Shown here piece by piece: positions 1-7,158 of a DNA stretch of 64,000 nt. The notes beneath the pieces are model-generated. The model was not told where the DNA came from. It did not search any database and saw only the letters and a program-made list of their open reading frames with translations. Source of the stretch: a virus. Numbering within the stretch: the stretch's first letter is position 1; each line of letters starts with the position of its first letter. The stretch is taken from IMG/VR virus record IMGVR_UViG_3300025006_000001. One strand, 5' to 3'. The position numbers and the translations under genes were made by a program.

Positions 1-117
1 ATTAGTCATTTCTAATTCGAAAATGAAAAAATCCCCTAGAGCAAAATGGAATTTTCAAATAGGACTAGGCAAATTTCCAATTTGCCGCAGTCAATCTCAC
101 ATTTCGAATTGCACCCT

Positions 118-127
118 GGGGGGGGGG
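118..127. repeat. G10 homopolymer tract in AT-rich intergenic DNA
   Basis: Read directly: cacccT-GGGGGGGGGG-taatt. Confidence 0.9.
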
Positions 128-176
128 TAATTAAAAGGAATTTTATTCAATTTTTGAGAAGCCTAAGCTATTTCAA

Positions 177-222
177 ATGATCATGATATATTATAGAGTT
201 TTGTTCAACAATTGTTAGACTA
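177..222 (-). promoter_or_regulatory. Conserved promoter/operator-like block, copy 1 (ATGATCATGATATATTA ... TGTTCAACAA)
   Basis: Near-identical block recurs at 1099-1136. On the minus strand it reads TTGAAC ... TATAAT-like boxes followed by the palindrome ATGATCAT. Confidence 0.35.
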
Positions 223-223
223 T

Positions 224-631
224 CTATATATAATCACTTAAATACTGATTCCTATCGAGAATTACGTGTTTAAAGCTATTAGTTTCTCTCTCTAATAAAG
301 CAGTTAACCATAATTCCCAATTAGAATCTACTAAATCAATAAACTCTTTAGTATTTCCTCTAATTTGGTATCTATTTAGATAGATATCCTTATCTTCTTT
401 ACTAGGGTAAACCAAGAGAGAATTTATTTTTCTCTTTTCCAATTCGTCTAACACTAAATTATGGGTAGAACAGAAAACTGTATGTCCTTCTTTATCTAAT
501 TGCTCTATTTTATCTACATAATTAATAGGAAATTCTTTTGTTTTACTGCAATTTGAAGAGTCTAAATCTACTACGTGGTCTCTATTAGAGAGATAACTTT
601 TTCCTATACCTGGAAATCCACAAATAATCAT
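224..631 (-). CDS. P-loop NTPase, nucleotide/nucleoside kinase-like
   Basis: N-terminal Walker A (MIICGFPGIGKS). Small size (135 aa) is typical of phage kinase-like ATP-binding proteins. Confidence 0.55.
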   Translation of the reverse strand: MIICGFPGIGKSYLSNRDHVVDLDSSNCSKTKEFPINYVDKIEQLDKEGHTVFCSTHNLVLDELEKRKINSLLVYPSKEDKDIYLNRYQIRGNTKEFIDLVDSNWELWLTALLERETNSFKHVILDRNQYLSDYI

Positions 632-670
632 TATTTTCTCCTAGTTTAGATTTTTGTTGAACTTGCTTTA

Positions 671-1075
671 TTAATAGTCGTATCCGGGAGCGAATACCAA
701 TGTCCAATTGCTATCACCAAATTCTTTTACCCAATTAGCTATTCTTTTAAATCCATAACAAGGCTTCACTTCTTCCCCTGTTACCTCGTTAAAAGCATAT
801 CCGAAATCATACCAGTGTCTATCACTACTGGTAAATAACTCAATATATTTATTTCTGTCTTCTTCCAAATACCAGGTCCATTTAGGGAACACAACATGCT
901 CCTCATTTACACTATTAGCATGGGCTATAATTAATTCTCCTGAATACTTGTGCTTATTCTCTTGTATCCATTCCTCTGCTAAAGGTTTATGTCCGAAGTT
1001 AGGACTTAATGCTCTACCGGTAACTCTACTCCAAACAACATAGTAGTAAATATTTCTTTCACCAAATTGGAACAT
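671..1075 (-). CDS. Hypothetical protein with internal two-fold repeat
   Basis: The two halves share a pattern: VWSRVTGRAL..GHKPLAEEWIQE..LIIAHA versus AFNEVTGEEV..GFKRIANWVKE..TLVFA. Confidence 0.5.
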   Translation of the reverse strand: MFQFGERNIYYYVVWSRVTGRALSPNFGHKPLAEEWIQENKHKYSGELIIAHANSVNEEHVVFPKWTWYLEEDRNKYIELFTSSDRHWYDFGYAFNEVTGEEVKPCYGFKRIANWVKEFGDSNWTLVFAPGYDY

Positions 1076-1098
1076 ATTCAGCTCCCACTTCCTTAATC

Positions 1099-1136
1099 AT
1101 GATCATGATATATTACACATAATGAGTGTTCAACAA
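1099..1136 (-). promoter_or_regulatory. Conserved promoter/operator-like block, copy 2, upstream of 671..1075
   Basis: The minus strand reads TTGAAC-N-TAATAT, then the palindrome TCATGATCATGA, then AGGAAG and ATG. Same block as 177-222. Confidence 0.4.
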
Positions 1137-1326
1137 GTGTATTACCTATATTTAAATCCGTTTCTTATAAACATAATTACAAATTTTACCACAAAACAAA
1201 TCTTTTCTAGAATTTCTCTCATAGCTTCATTAATTTCATCGTAAGTCATTTTGAAATTTTATTTCCTTTTTACAAATCTGTTAATTTTAACTTAAATATG
1301 CTTTTTATAAGGTATTGTTATAACAT

Positions 1327-1623
1327 TTATGTTAGTGTATAAGCTCTAATATATTCTAATGTCTCTAAATTTCTATATAACTTAAAATATAGAAATTTAA
1401 TTACTTTACAATTAGAAATTCCACATAAACAATCGTCATAACCCAACCAAACCTCTACTGTGTTTTGTTTCAATGTAAAAAATCTGTTTTTTGGTTTTTC
1501 TTTATAAGAAATTACAAATACGTTAGTTCTTTTTTCTACAGTATCGAGATATTCCCAATTAGGCTTAAATACTTCTATCTCTTTAGCAGCTTTTTTTAAA
1601 ATAAACCATAATTCAGAACTCAC
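1327..1623 (-). CDS. Hypothetical small protein
   Basis: ORF track. GTG start. Packed within the minus-strand array. Confidence 0.5.
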   Translation of the reverse strand: MSSELWFILKKAAKEIEVFKPNWEYLDTVEKRTNVFVISYKEKPKNRFFTLKQNTVEVWLGYDDCLCGISNCKVIKFLYFKLYRNLETLEYIRAYTLT

Positions 1624-1625
1624 GA

Positions 1626-1793
1626 CTAAATTCCATTTTCCATGACGTAATATTTAACTAAAAAATGTGCAGTATTTTTACCAAATGTCTTTTCAATTAT
1701 GTTGAAATACAATTCTTTTAATAAAGAATTTTTAGTATTTCTAAAAAGAACTAAAATTTTTAATGAGGAATAAATGTAACTATGTTCAGACAT
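1626..1793 (-). CDS. Hypothetical small protein (55 aa, below ORF-track cutoff)
   Basis: ATG at 1793 overlaps the upstream stop region. Translates as MSEHSYIYSSLKILVLFRNTKNSLLKELYF... and fills an otherwise empty gap. Confidence 0.4.
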   Translation of the reverse strand: MSEHSYIYSSLKILVLFRNTKNSLLKELYFNIIEKTFGKNTAHFLVKYYVMENGI

Positions 1794-1980
1794 TTATGTC
1801 TAAATCCGGATCTAATAAATTTTCTTTATTGGCAAAATCATAATTACTCATATACATTACGCATTCTCCGTCTACCCAGGAACGTAATAGAACTTTTTCA
1901 TACATATTAGTATCTATTGTAAATATATTTAGCAAGTTTGCCTTCATTAGGTCCATACCAACTTGTAGACCACCCTTCAC
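1786..1980 (-). CDS. Hypothetical small protein
   Basis: ORF track. GTG start, or the internal ATG at M9. Confidence 0.45.
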   Translation of the reverse strand: MKGGLQVGMDLMKANLLNIFTIDTNMYEKVLLRSWVDGECVMYMSNYDFANKENLLDPDLDINV

Positions 1981-2009
1981 TAGTTCCTGTATGCTCTAAT
2001 GTATAGAAT

Positions 2010-2252
2010 TTATTCATATACGAGATCTAATCTCCACACATGATAGGCTAAGGGACTATATCCCCAACTTGAGCGGCCAGTTAAACTAATAATATAAGGT
2101 CTTAAGGCCTGACTTCTAGTTTTGTTATAATTAAAATATACAATAGGAAGATTTTTATAAAACAAACCAGCTAGACAGCTATTAAGATCTAAAACTTTAT
2201 ATGTAAGATCTTGTAATTTAAGTTTTTTATTCTTCATCAAACGAATAAACAT
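2010..2252 (-). CDS. Small protein, tandem paralog family 1
   Basis: Core LFYKNLPIVYF and downstream LTGRSSWGY, both shared with neighbours. Confidence 0.6.
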   Translation of the reverse strand: MFIRLMKNKKLKLQDLTYKVLDLNSCLAGLFYKNLPIVYFNYNKTRSQALRPYIISLTGRSSWGYSPLAYHVWRLDLVYE

Positions 2253-2481
2253 AAATCAAAGGATTTGTTCTAGGATAAAAATCTTGTAGAGTATCACTAT
2301 CAATATTTTTCTTAAAAGATTTATTATAAACACTACAAATTCTAGAAGAAAGAATATTACTCTTATCAATCATAATTGTAAGGTTAGCATGTTTAATTAA
2401 TGTAAATAAATAAGTATATTTACGCCCCAAATCTTCGTCTTCGGGCTGTTCATCTCTAAAATGATCTTCGATAAATAACAT
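2227..2481 (-). CDS. Hypothetical small protein
   Basis: ORF track. No family-1 core recognised. Confidence 0.5.
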   Translation of the reverse strand: MLFIEDHFRDEQPEDEDLGRKYTYLFTLIKHANLTIMIDKSNILSSRICSVYNKSFKKNIDSDTLQDFYPRTNPLIYVYSFDEE

Positions 2482-2700
2482 TTATTTTTCTCTCTTACAA
2501 AATTTATAGCTATTATGAGTTAACGTCTTGTAATCCCAACTATTTTCGCCTGTAAGTTTAATAATGATACTTCCAAAAGTGTCATTTACCTTACGAGGAT
2601 TTATAAATATACAAAGAGGTATATTTTTATAGGATACCCTACCCCATTGTTGACGATCTATGTCATCATATTGATAAATTAAATTATTTATATCTAGCAT
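2482..2700 (-). CDS. Small protein, tandem paralog family 1
   Basis: Core VSYKNIPLCIF and LTGENSWDY. Confidence 0.6.
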   Translation of the reverse strand: MLDINNLIYQYDDIDRQQWGRVSYKNIPLCIFINPRKVNDTFGSIIIKLTGENSWDYKTLTHNSYKFCKREK

Positions 2701-2918
2701 AGTTCATAAAAAGACCATATATCAGAATCATTCGTAGAGTTATAGGACCATTTGGTTACATTTGTAAGAGATTTAATATATCTATAAAACAAATTTTCCG
2801 GAAAACTTTCCGATTTACTTATCTGATTATCCCAAACAAAAATAGGAATATTTTTATAATAAAGTATATAATGATTTGGAGAAGTTTTTGTATTAAAATA
2901 AAAATCAGTTATTTCCAT
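2694..2918 (-). CDS. Small protein, tandem paralog family 1
   Basis: Core ILYYKNIPIFVW and LTNVTKWSY. Confidence 0.6.
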   Translation of the reverse strand: MEITDFYFNTKTSPNHYILYYKNIPIFVWDNQISKSESFPENLFYRYIKSLTNVTKWSYNSTNDSDIWSFYELC

Positions 2919-3136
2919 AAGCTATACTGTTTCGGTCCAATAACTTTTACTTGCCACATACTAGTTTCAGTTATTTTTTTTATAAGGTCACTATAGTCAG
3001 TTCCATAATTATATTCTTCTTTATTTTCTTTATATATAAAGATAGGTAAATTATTATAATGAACATAGTATTTTACTATGCCATAAGACTCATCTAAACA
3101 AAAATTTATATTATTTATATTTAATATTTTAAACCC
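2909..3136 (-). CDS. Family-1 paralog ORF without ATG/GTG/TTG start; possible -1 frameshift extension of 3121..3342, or a pseudogene
   Basis: Open frame translates ...IVKYYVHYNNLPIFIYKENKEEYNYGTDYSDLIKKITETSMWQVK.... It is absent from the ORF track because it has no canonical start. The frame opens at the motif GGGTTTAAAA. Confidence 0.4.
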   Translation of the reverse strand, partial: GFKILNINNINFCLDESYGIVKYYVHYNNLPIFIYKENKEEYNYGTDYSDLIKKITETSMWQVKVIGPKQYSLWK

Positions 3137-3342
3137 TTAGGACGAACTAATAAATAATAGGTATTTATAATTCTTTCATGGATAGTAGATTTTTTATCTA
3201 GAAGATCTCTTTGTAATTTAATACTAGTAAATTCTTCCGTAGTTCTAACTGCAAAAGGTATATTATTTATATACCAGATTTGATTGACTACTCGATTAGT
3301 GAAATCAGGGGAATAGTAATTAACGTATCCAAATCTAGTCAT
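3121..3342 (-). CDS. Small protein, tandem paralog family 1
   Basis: Core IWYINNIPFAVR. The 3' end reads CCT AAG GGT TTA AAA TAT TAA. Confidence 0.6.
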   Translation of the reverse strand: MTRFGYVNYYSPDFTNRVVNQIWYINNIPFAVRTTEEFTSIKLQRDLLDKKSTIHERIINTYYLLVRPKGLKY

Positions 3343-3689
3343 AAATTATTGTCGGTCAAAAGTAGGACTGAAATATCATCGTATTTAATAATTTTTTTGT
3401 CATAGTGCCAATACAATAAAGGAGTAAAAGCTGTTTCGTGTCTACTATAGCGATCCGAGCCACGAGATCTTAAAGCTGTTCTTAACTTAAACATATACAT
3501 GTGGTGCTTAACAATTTGCTTAAGATACATTTTTCCATCATAAGAACAATATCTACCTACTAAAACTGGTTGCTTACAACAATCGTTGTAATTAAAACTG
3601 TAATAACAGTCTTTATCTTTTACATAGTAAGCCCCTTCGGGGAAAACTTTTTTATAAAATTCTGGAATAGTTGCTACAATTGGGAACAT
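3339..3689 (-). CDS. Hypothetical Cys/Tyr-rich protein
   Basis: ORF track (116 aa). ATGA overlap with its neighbour. Confidence 0.55.
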   Translation of the reverse strand: MFPIVATIPEFYKKVFPEGAYYVKDKDCYYSFNYNDCCKQPVLVGRYCSYDGKMYLKQIVKHHMYMFKLRTALRSRGSDRYSRHETAFTPLLYWHYDKKIIKYDDISVLLLTDNNL

Positions 3690-3907
3690 TCATTTTTATT
3701 TCTTATTCTAAGATTTATTGAGTCTGCTTCAGTTATATCTAATAGACTATAAATATATTTTTTATATAAATCCCAACAATTTGGCTCTTCTATAAAAAAT
3801 GTTCCTACAGGTAGATTTGCCATATATAAAATAATACGGCTACGCTCTGATCGTTGATTACGATATGTTTCATAACAGATATATTTATGAAACTTCATAA
3901 TAATCAC
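3674..3907 (-). CDS. Small protein, tandem paralog family 1
   Basis: Core ILYMANLPVGTF. Confidence 0.55.
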   Translation of the reverse strand: MIIMKFHKYICYETYRNQRSERSRIILYMANLPVGTFFIEEPNCWDLYKKYIYSLLDITEADSINLRIRNKNECSQL

Positions 3908-4085
3908 TTAGTATTGGTTTAAAATAAAATTCAAAATATTTATTTGGAAATATTTTTTTAATTACAGACTTGTAGTCTCCCTTATAAGCAGTATTTAATG
4001 AAAAAAGAGGAACATTATTCCAATAAAACACACCATTCCACTTAGTGGGGTGAGAATTTGTATAAAAAATTCTATAATATAACAC
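3885..4085 (-). CDS. Small protein, tandem paralog family 1
   Basis: Core VFYWNNVPLFSL. Confidence 0.6.
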   Translation of the reverse strand: MLYYRIFYTNSHPTKWNGVFYWNNVPLFSLNTAYKGDYKSVIKKIFPNKYFEFYFKPILSDYYEVS

Positions 4086-4321
4086 TAGAAATATTGGACT
4101 TCCTTTTTTAGAAAAAATTTACGAGGAGTAGTTAGGCTCTCAACATAATCCCATTCAGTTTCTTCAGCAGAATTAGAAATTTTATTTACTAAATAATGAT
4201 TATCGTATAAATTACACTCGGTTCTAGAGTCTAGAATCCAAACAGTAACATTACCTAGAAGGTAATATTCAAACCAGCTACCTTTATGATCTACTATGTG
4301 AGTAGTTAAAATATTTTCCAT
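4085..4321 (-). CDS. Small protein, probable divergent family-1 member
   Basis: FEYYLLGNVTVWIL and EETEWDY resemble the two family motifs. Confidence 0.5.
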   Translation of the reverse strand: MENILTTHIVDHKGSWFEYYLLGNVTVWILDSRTECNLYDNHYLVNKISNSAEETEWDYVESLTTPRKFFLKKEVQYF

Positions 4322-4329
4322 AAATCTCC

Positions 4330-4354
4330 AAAAGAAAATAGCCCCTTGCGGGGC
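4330..4354 (-). terminator. Rho-independent terminator (minus strand)
   Basis: The minus strand reads GCCCC-GCAA-GGGGC followed by TATTTTCTTT. It lies directly after the stop of 4360..4530. Confidence 0.6.
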
Positions 4355-4359
4355 TTCTC

Positions 4360-4530
4360 TTACTCTTTTAATTTCAAGAGCAGAGACTTTGCCTTTTGAA
4401 GGCCCCAGTAACGTCCTGTGTCGGTTTCACAAGCCTTACCTGCCTTCTCGGCTCTGTCAATCCTGGCCTCCGTTCGAGAAATTTCTTTATCGAGCTTTTC
4501 CAGGACTTCCAGTTTATTCAGTTTTTTCAT
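4360..4530 (-). CDS. Small coiled-coil-like protein (56 aa), GC-richer than its surroundings
   Basis: AGGAGG lies 6 nt upstream of the ATG at 4530. Translates as MKKLNKLEVLEKLDKEISRTEARIDRAEKAGKACETDTGRYWGLQKAKSLLLKLKE. A terminator follows. Confidence 0.55.
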   Translation of the reverse strand: MKKLNKLEVLEKLDKEISRTEARIDRAEKAGKACETDTGRYWGLQKAKSLLLKLKE

Positions 4531-4588
4531 TGCTTACCTCCTGGACTAATAATAACATAGTCAGTAAGCTGTGTCTATTGCCAAATTG

Positions 4589-4810
4589 TTAACGGAATAA
4601 AGTAAATCCATCAGGAAGATATCCAGAAGCTTCTCCTTTAAACTTTTTTCCTTTTATAAGTTTAATGTATTCTACCCAAGGAGTTTCTAGTTCCCAACTT
4701 TCATTTTTTCGAATTCTTATTAGAATATTGTTGTAATAAAAATACTCTACCCAAGTATACTCGCCTGTATATTCATCAAGACTAGTGTAAATTTTTTTGA
4801 ATTTAATCAT
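4589..4810 (-). CDS. Small protein, tandem paralog family 1
   Basis: Core YFYYNNILIRIR. Confidence 0.6.
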   Translation of the reverse strand: MIKFKKIYTSLDEYTGEYTWVEYFYYNNILIRIRKNESWELETPWVEYIKLIKGKKFKGEASGYLPDGFTLFR

Positions 4811-5046
4811 GAATCACTTTTTACCATATTGTAATGATACACAGTATCTGAAAGTTCTGAGTTTAGTTCAAATCTAAAAGAAATATTACAAGTTCCTAAA
4901 AATTTATTAGGAAATAAAGCAGTTTCATAACTCCCATTGTCCTGATCAGTCTTAGTTAAGACAGCGTAAGGTATATTGGCATAATAAAGTATTTCAAACC
5001 AATCTTCTTGGCATTTATAATGAAGTTTACTATTTAAAACATTCAT
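4807..5046 (-). CDS. Small protein, tandem paralog family 1
   Basis: Core ILYYANIPYAVL. Confidence 0.6.
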   Translation of the reverse strand: MNVLNSKLHYKCQEDWFEILYYANIPYAVLTKTDQDNGSYETALFPNKFLGTCNISFRFELNSELSDTVYHYNMVKSDS

Positions 5047-5293
5047 AAATAATATTGGAATTAGAATTCCTAATTTTATAGCTGACTTTTTTAGAAGTCA
5101 AGTCTACAACTTCTAGCCCTGAATCTTTTTTTGAGAAACCACAAATTAATCCAATACTTAAAACACCTAAATACTCTGCAAAATCAAAAACATGTCTAAA
5201 TTTAGTATAATTAACTTCTTCAATAGACATAAGAATATTGTTATAATAAATATGCCAATGATTGTAGGCATTTAAAACCCAAAGCTTTCTCAT
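5030..5293 (-). CDS. Small protein, tandem paralog family 1
   Basis: Core HIYYNNILMSIE. Confidence 0.6.
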   Translation of the reverse strand: MRKLWVLNAYNHWHIYYNNILMSIEEVNYTKFRHVFDFAEYLGVLSIGLICGFSKKDSGLEVVDLTSKKVSYKIRNSNSNIIYECFK

Positions 5294-5652
5294 GGCCTAG
5301 TAGAAGTGCCTGCTGCATATTTCTTTTCTTGACGTTCTCTCCAAAAGGTTTGGTCTCTACTTAAACAATAAAGAAAAGCTTCTTCCGATTCTTTTTGAAG
5401 TGGATACTTCAAATGTTCTGCTAACGCATATAAATTTAATTGAACGTCCGTTAACTCTTTAGCTACAGGACCTTTTTCTTTATTATAGACAACATCTACT
5501 AGATGGGTAATTTTTTCTTTTGGTAAATCTAAAGCCTGACAAAGTTCTACAGCTTCTTCAAGAAAACGTAAGACCCGCTCCTCTTGTTTATAGGCAATAG
5601 CTCCAAAATTAGTTTTGGCCCAAGTAAGAATCGCTTTTTGAAAGTTTAACAT
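5290..5652 (-). CDS. MazG-like nucleoside triphosphate pyrophosphohydrolase
   Basis: RFLEEAVEL (EExxE) and ELTDVQLNLYALAEH helices, typical of small all-alpha MazG-type NTP-PPases (120 aa). Confidence 0.6.
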   Translation of the reverse strand: MLNFQKAILTWAKTNFGAIAYKQEERVLRFLEEAVELCQALDLPKEKITHLVDVVYNKEKGPVAKELTDVQLNLYALAEHLKYPLQKESEEAFLYCLSRDQTFWRERQEKKYAAGTSTRP

Positions 5653-5662
5653 AATTTAATCC

Positions 5663-5929
5663 TTAAAATTTATATAAATAAGTATTTTTGCCTTGAGAGG
5701 ACAGAACATAGTCCTTCTTAGTTATAAACTTTTTCACAAAATAACTATAATAACTTTGCTCATGTGGTCCAAAAATGGCTATTGTTTCTCCATAATATTT
5801 AATTATATTATATTGAATAAACGTATTAGGAACAATATTTTTAATATTAAGAGTAAAAGCGTCCTTATTGCACATATCTAAAATACGTGTCATAAAAATC
5901 ATTAAAATGTTTGACTTGTTTAGTTCCAA
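5663..5929 (-). CDS. Hypothetical small protein
   Basis: ORF track. The start is probably internal, because the annotated start overlaps 5865..6080. Confidence 0.45.
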   Translation of the reverse strand: MELNKSNILMIFMTRILDMCNKDAFTLNIKNIVPNTFIQYNIIKYYGETIAIFGPHEQSYYSYFVKKFITKKDYVLSSQGKNTYLYKF

Positions 5930-6080
5930 ACAATTTGTCTTGTCCTAAGAATTTTCTTAACATATCACACTCATTAAACCAATGTTTAGATATATATAAA
6001 GGAACTCCACCATAATAAAATACATAAAACGTAGTAGGGCATTGGCGGTATCTTCGTAAAAAGAAATTTTCTAATTTCAT
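5865..6080 (-). CDS. Small protein, tandem paralog family 1
   Basis: Core VFYYGGVPLYIS. Confidence 0.6.
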   Translation of the reverse strand: MKLENFFLRRYRQCPTTFYVFYYGGVPLYISKHWFNECDMLRKFLGQDKLFGTKQVKHFNDFYDTYFRYVQ

Positions 6081-6331
6081 AGATAAATAAAATCTCTATG
6101 AGGATATTTTGTAGTAGGTTGGTAATCTCTATCTGGTGACCATCCAAATTGTCTACCAAAAAATCTCTTTATTAGATTAGTTGAACTAGTTCCTGCCTTA
6201 TAGTATTCTAAATGAAGAGTAATATTGGCATAAGTTAATTTACAATAAGTAGTCTTACCGTCATCGTTAAACCAATAAGCTCTACAGTTTCTAGAAGCTA
6301 ACATTTTTTGTGCATCATTATATTTTTTCAT
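6077..6331 (-). CDS. Small protein, tandem paralog family 1
   Basis: Core KLTYANITLHLE and FGRQFGWSPD. Confidence 0.55.
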   Translation of the reverse strand: MKKYNDAQKMLASRNCRAYWFNDDGKTTYCKLTYANITLHLEYYKAGTSSTNLIKRFFGRQFGWSPDRDYQPTTKYPHRDFIYL

Positions 6332-6540
6332 CTTAAAAATAATCTATAAACATAGTAACTCTTAATGTCATGTGTATGATAATCATTCCAAGAATCTTCT
6401 TCGAATCCAGTTAATTTTTTAATTAACTTGGAATATTCCGAATGACTTTTAAGAAAAGTAAAAAAACAATTATTATAATAAAGTTTATGTAATCCTGAAT
6501 TTGATTCATTAAGCCAAAAAGAAAAATTTTCAATATTCAT
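6328..6540 (-). CDS. Small protein, tandem paralog family 1
   Basis: Core KLYYNNCFFTFL and LTGFEEDSWNDY. Confidence 0.6.
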   Translation of the reverse strand: MNIENFSFWLNESNSGLHKLYYNNCFFTFLKSHSEYSKLIKKLTGFEEDSWNDYHTHDIKSYYVYRLFLR

Positions 6541-6824
6541 GTCTTACGTCGAAGAATACTTTTATAAATAATGTATTCAGAATATCCTTTGTCTATTGTA
6601 ATAATTTGTCCATTTTCTAAATAATGCAAACAAAGTTTACTGGAAGTATAAACGCTTCCTGAAGGCAAGTTAAAAAACCTACAAAACCAAGCATTTACTT
6701 TATTTTTAGTATTTTTACAGCTACCAAATAAGATATTATGATAATATATACCATATTTATTTTTATTAGAAGGTAAAGTCCTTATAAACCAAGGGCCTTC
6801 TTTTATAGTAGATTTATTTATCAT
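6537..6824 (-). CDS. Small protein, tandem paralog family 1
   Basis: Core GIYYHNILFGSC. Confidence 0.55.
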   Translation of the reverse strand: MINKSTIKEGPWFIRTLPSNKNKYGIYYHNILFGSCKNTKNKVNAWFCRFFNLPSGSVYTSSKLCLHYLENGQIITIDKGYSEYIIYKSILRRKT

Positions 6825-7102
6825 TAAAAAAGGGCACTGTGTCTATATAAAGGATATCCAGCATCGAGCCCTCTCCCTGTAGTAGACCAAGCTATTTTAC
6901 GTAAATAATAAACATTCTCACTTAAGTCATAAAAAAAACTATGATGCCTGGGCTGACCTTTTTTTAGTCTAAAATTCAGAGAATAGAATCTATTGTCTGA
7001 TTCTTTACCAAAAGCATCTAATTTAAAATAAGGCAAAGTTCTGATTAAGTATTGTAAATAAGGTAAAAGTTCTTCATGAGGAATTCTACAAGGAATTAAC
7101 AT
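6824..7102 (-). CDS. Hypothetical small protein (first gene of the array)
   Basis: ORF track (92 aa). Confidence 0.5.
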   Translation of the reverse strand: MLIPCRIPHEELLPYLQYLIRTLPYFKLDAFGKESDNRFYSLNFRLKKGQPRHHSFFYDLSENVYYLRKIAWSTTGRGLDAGYPLYRHSALF

Positions 7103-7116
7103 TCAATCTCCCGATA

Positions 7117-7153
7117 AAGAGAAAGGGGCAGCTGTTAACTACCCCTTTCTCTT
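7117..7153 (-). terminator. 12-bp hairpin between transcription units, with GTTAAC in the loop
   Basis: AAGAGAAAGGGG - cagctGTTAACta - CCCCTTTCTCTT. The U-tract is weak, so it may be a terminator, a stabiliser or an operator. Confidence 0.4.
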
Positions 7154-7158
7154 AGAAC

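Noticed and set aside
4389-4592. Plus-strand 67-aa ORF from the ORF track (TTG start)
   Set aside because: It is antisense to a better-supported 56-aa minus-strand gene (4360..4530) that has an AGGAGG RBS and its own terminator. It has no RBS, and its composition reflects the GC-richer insert and not coding.
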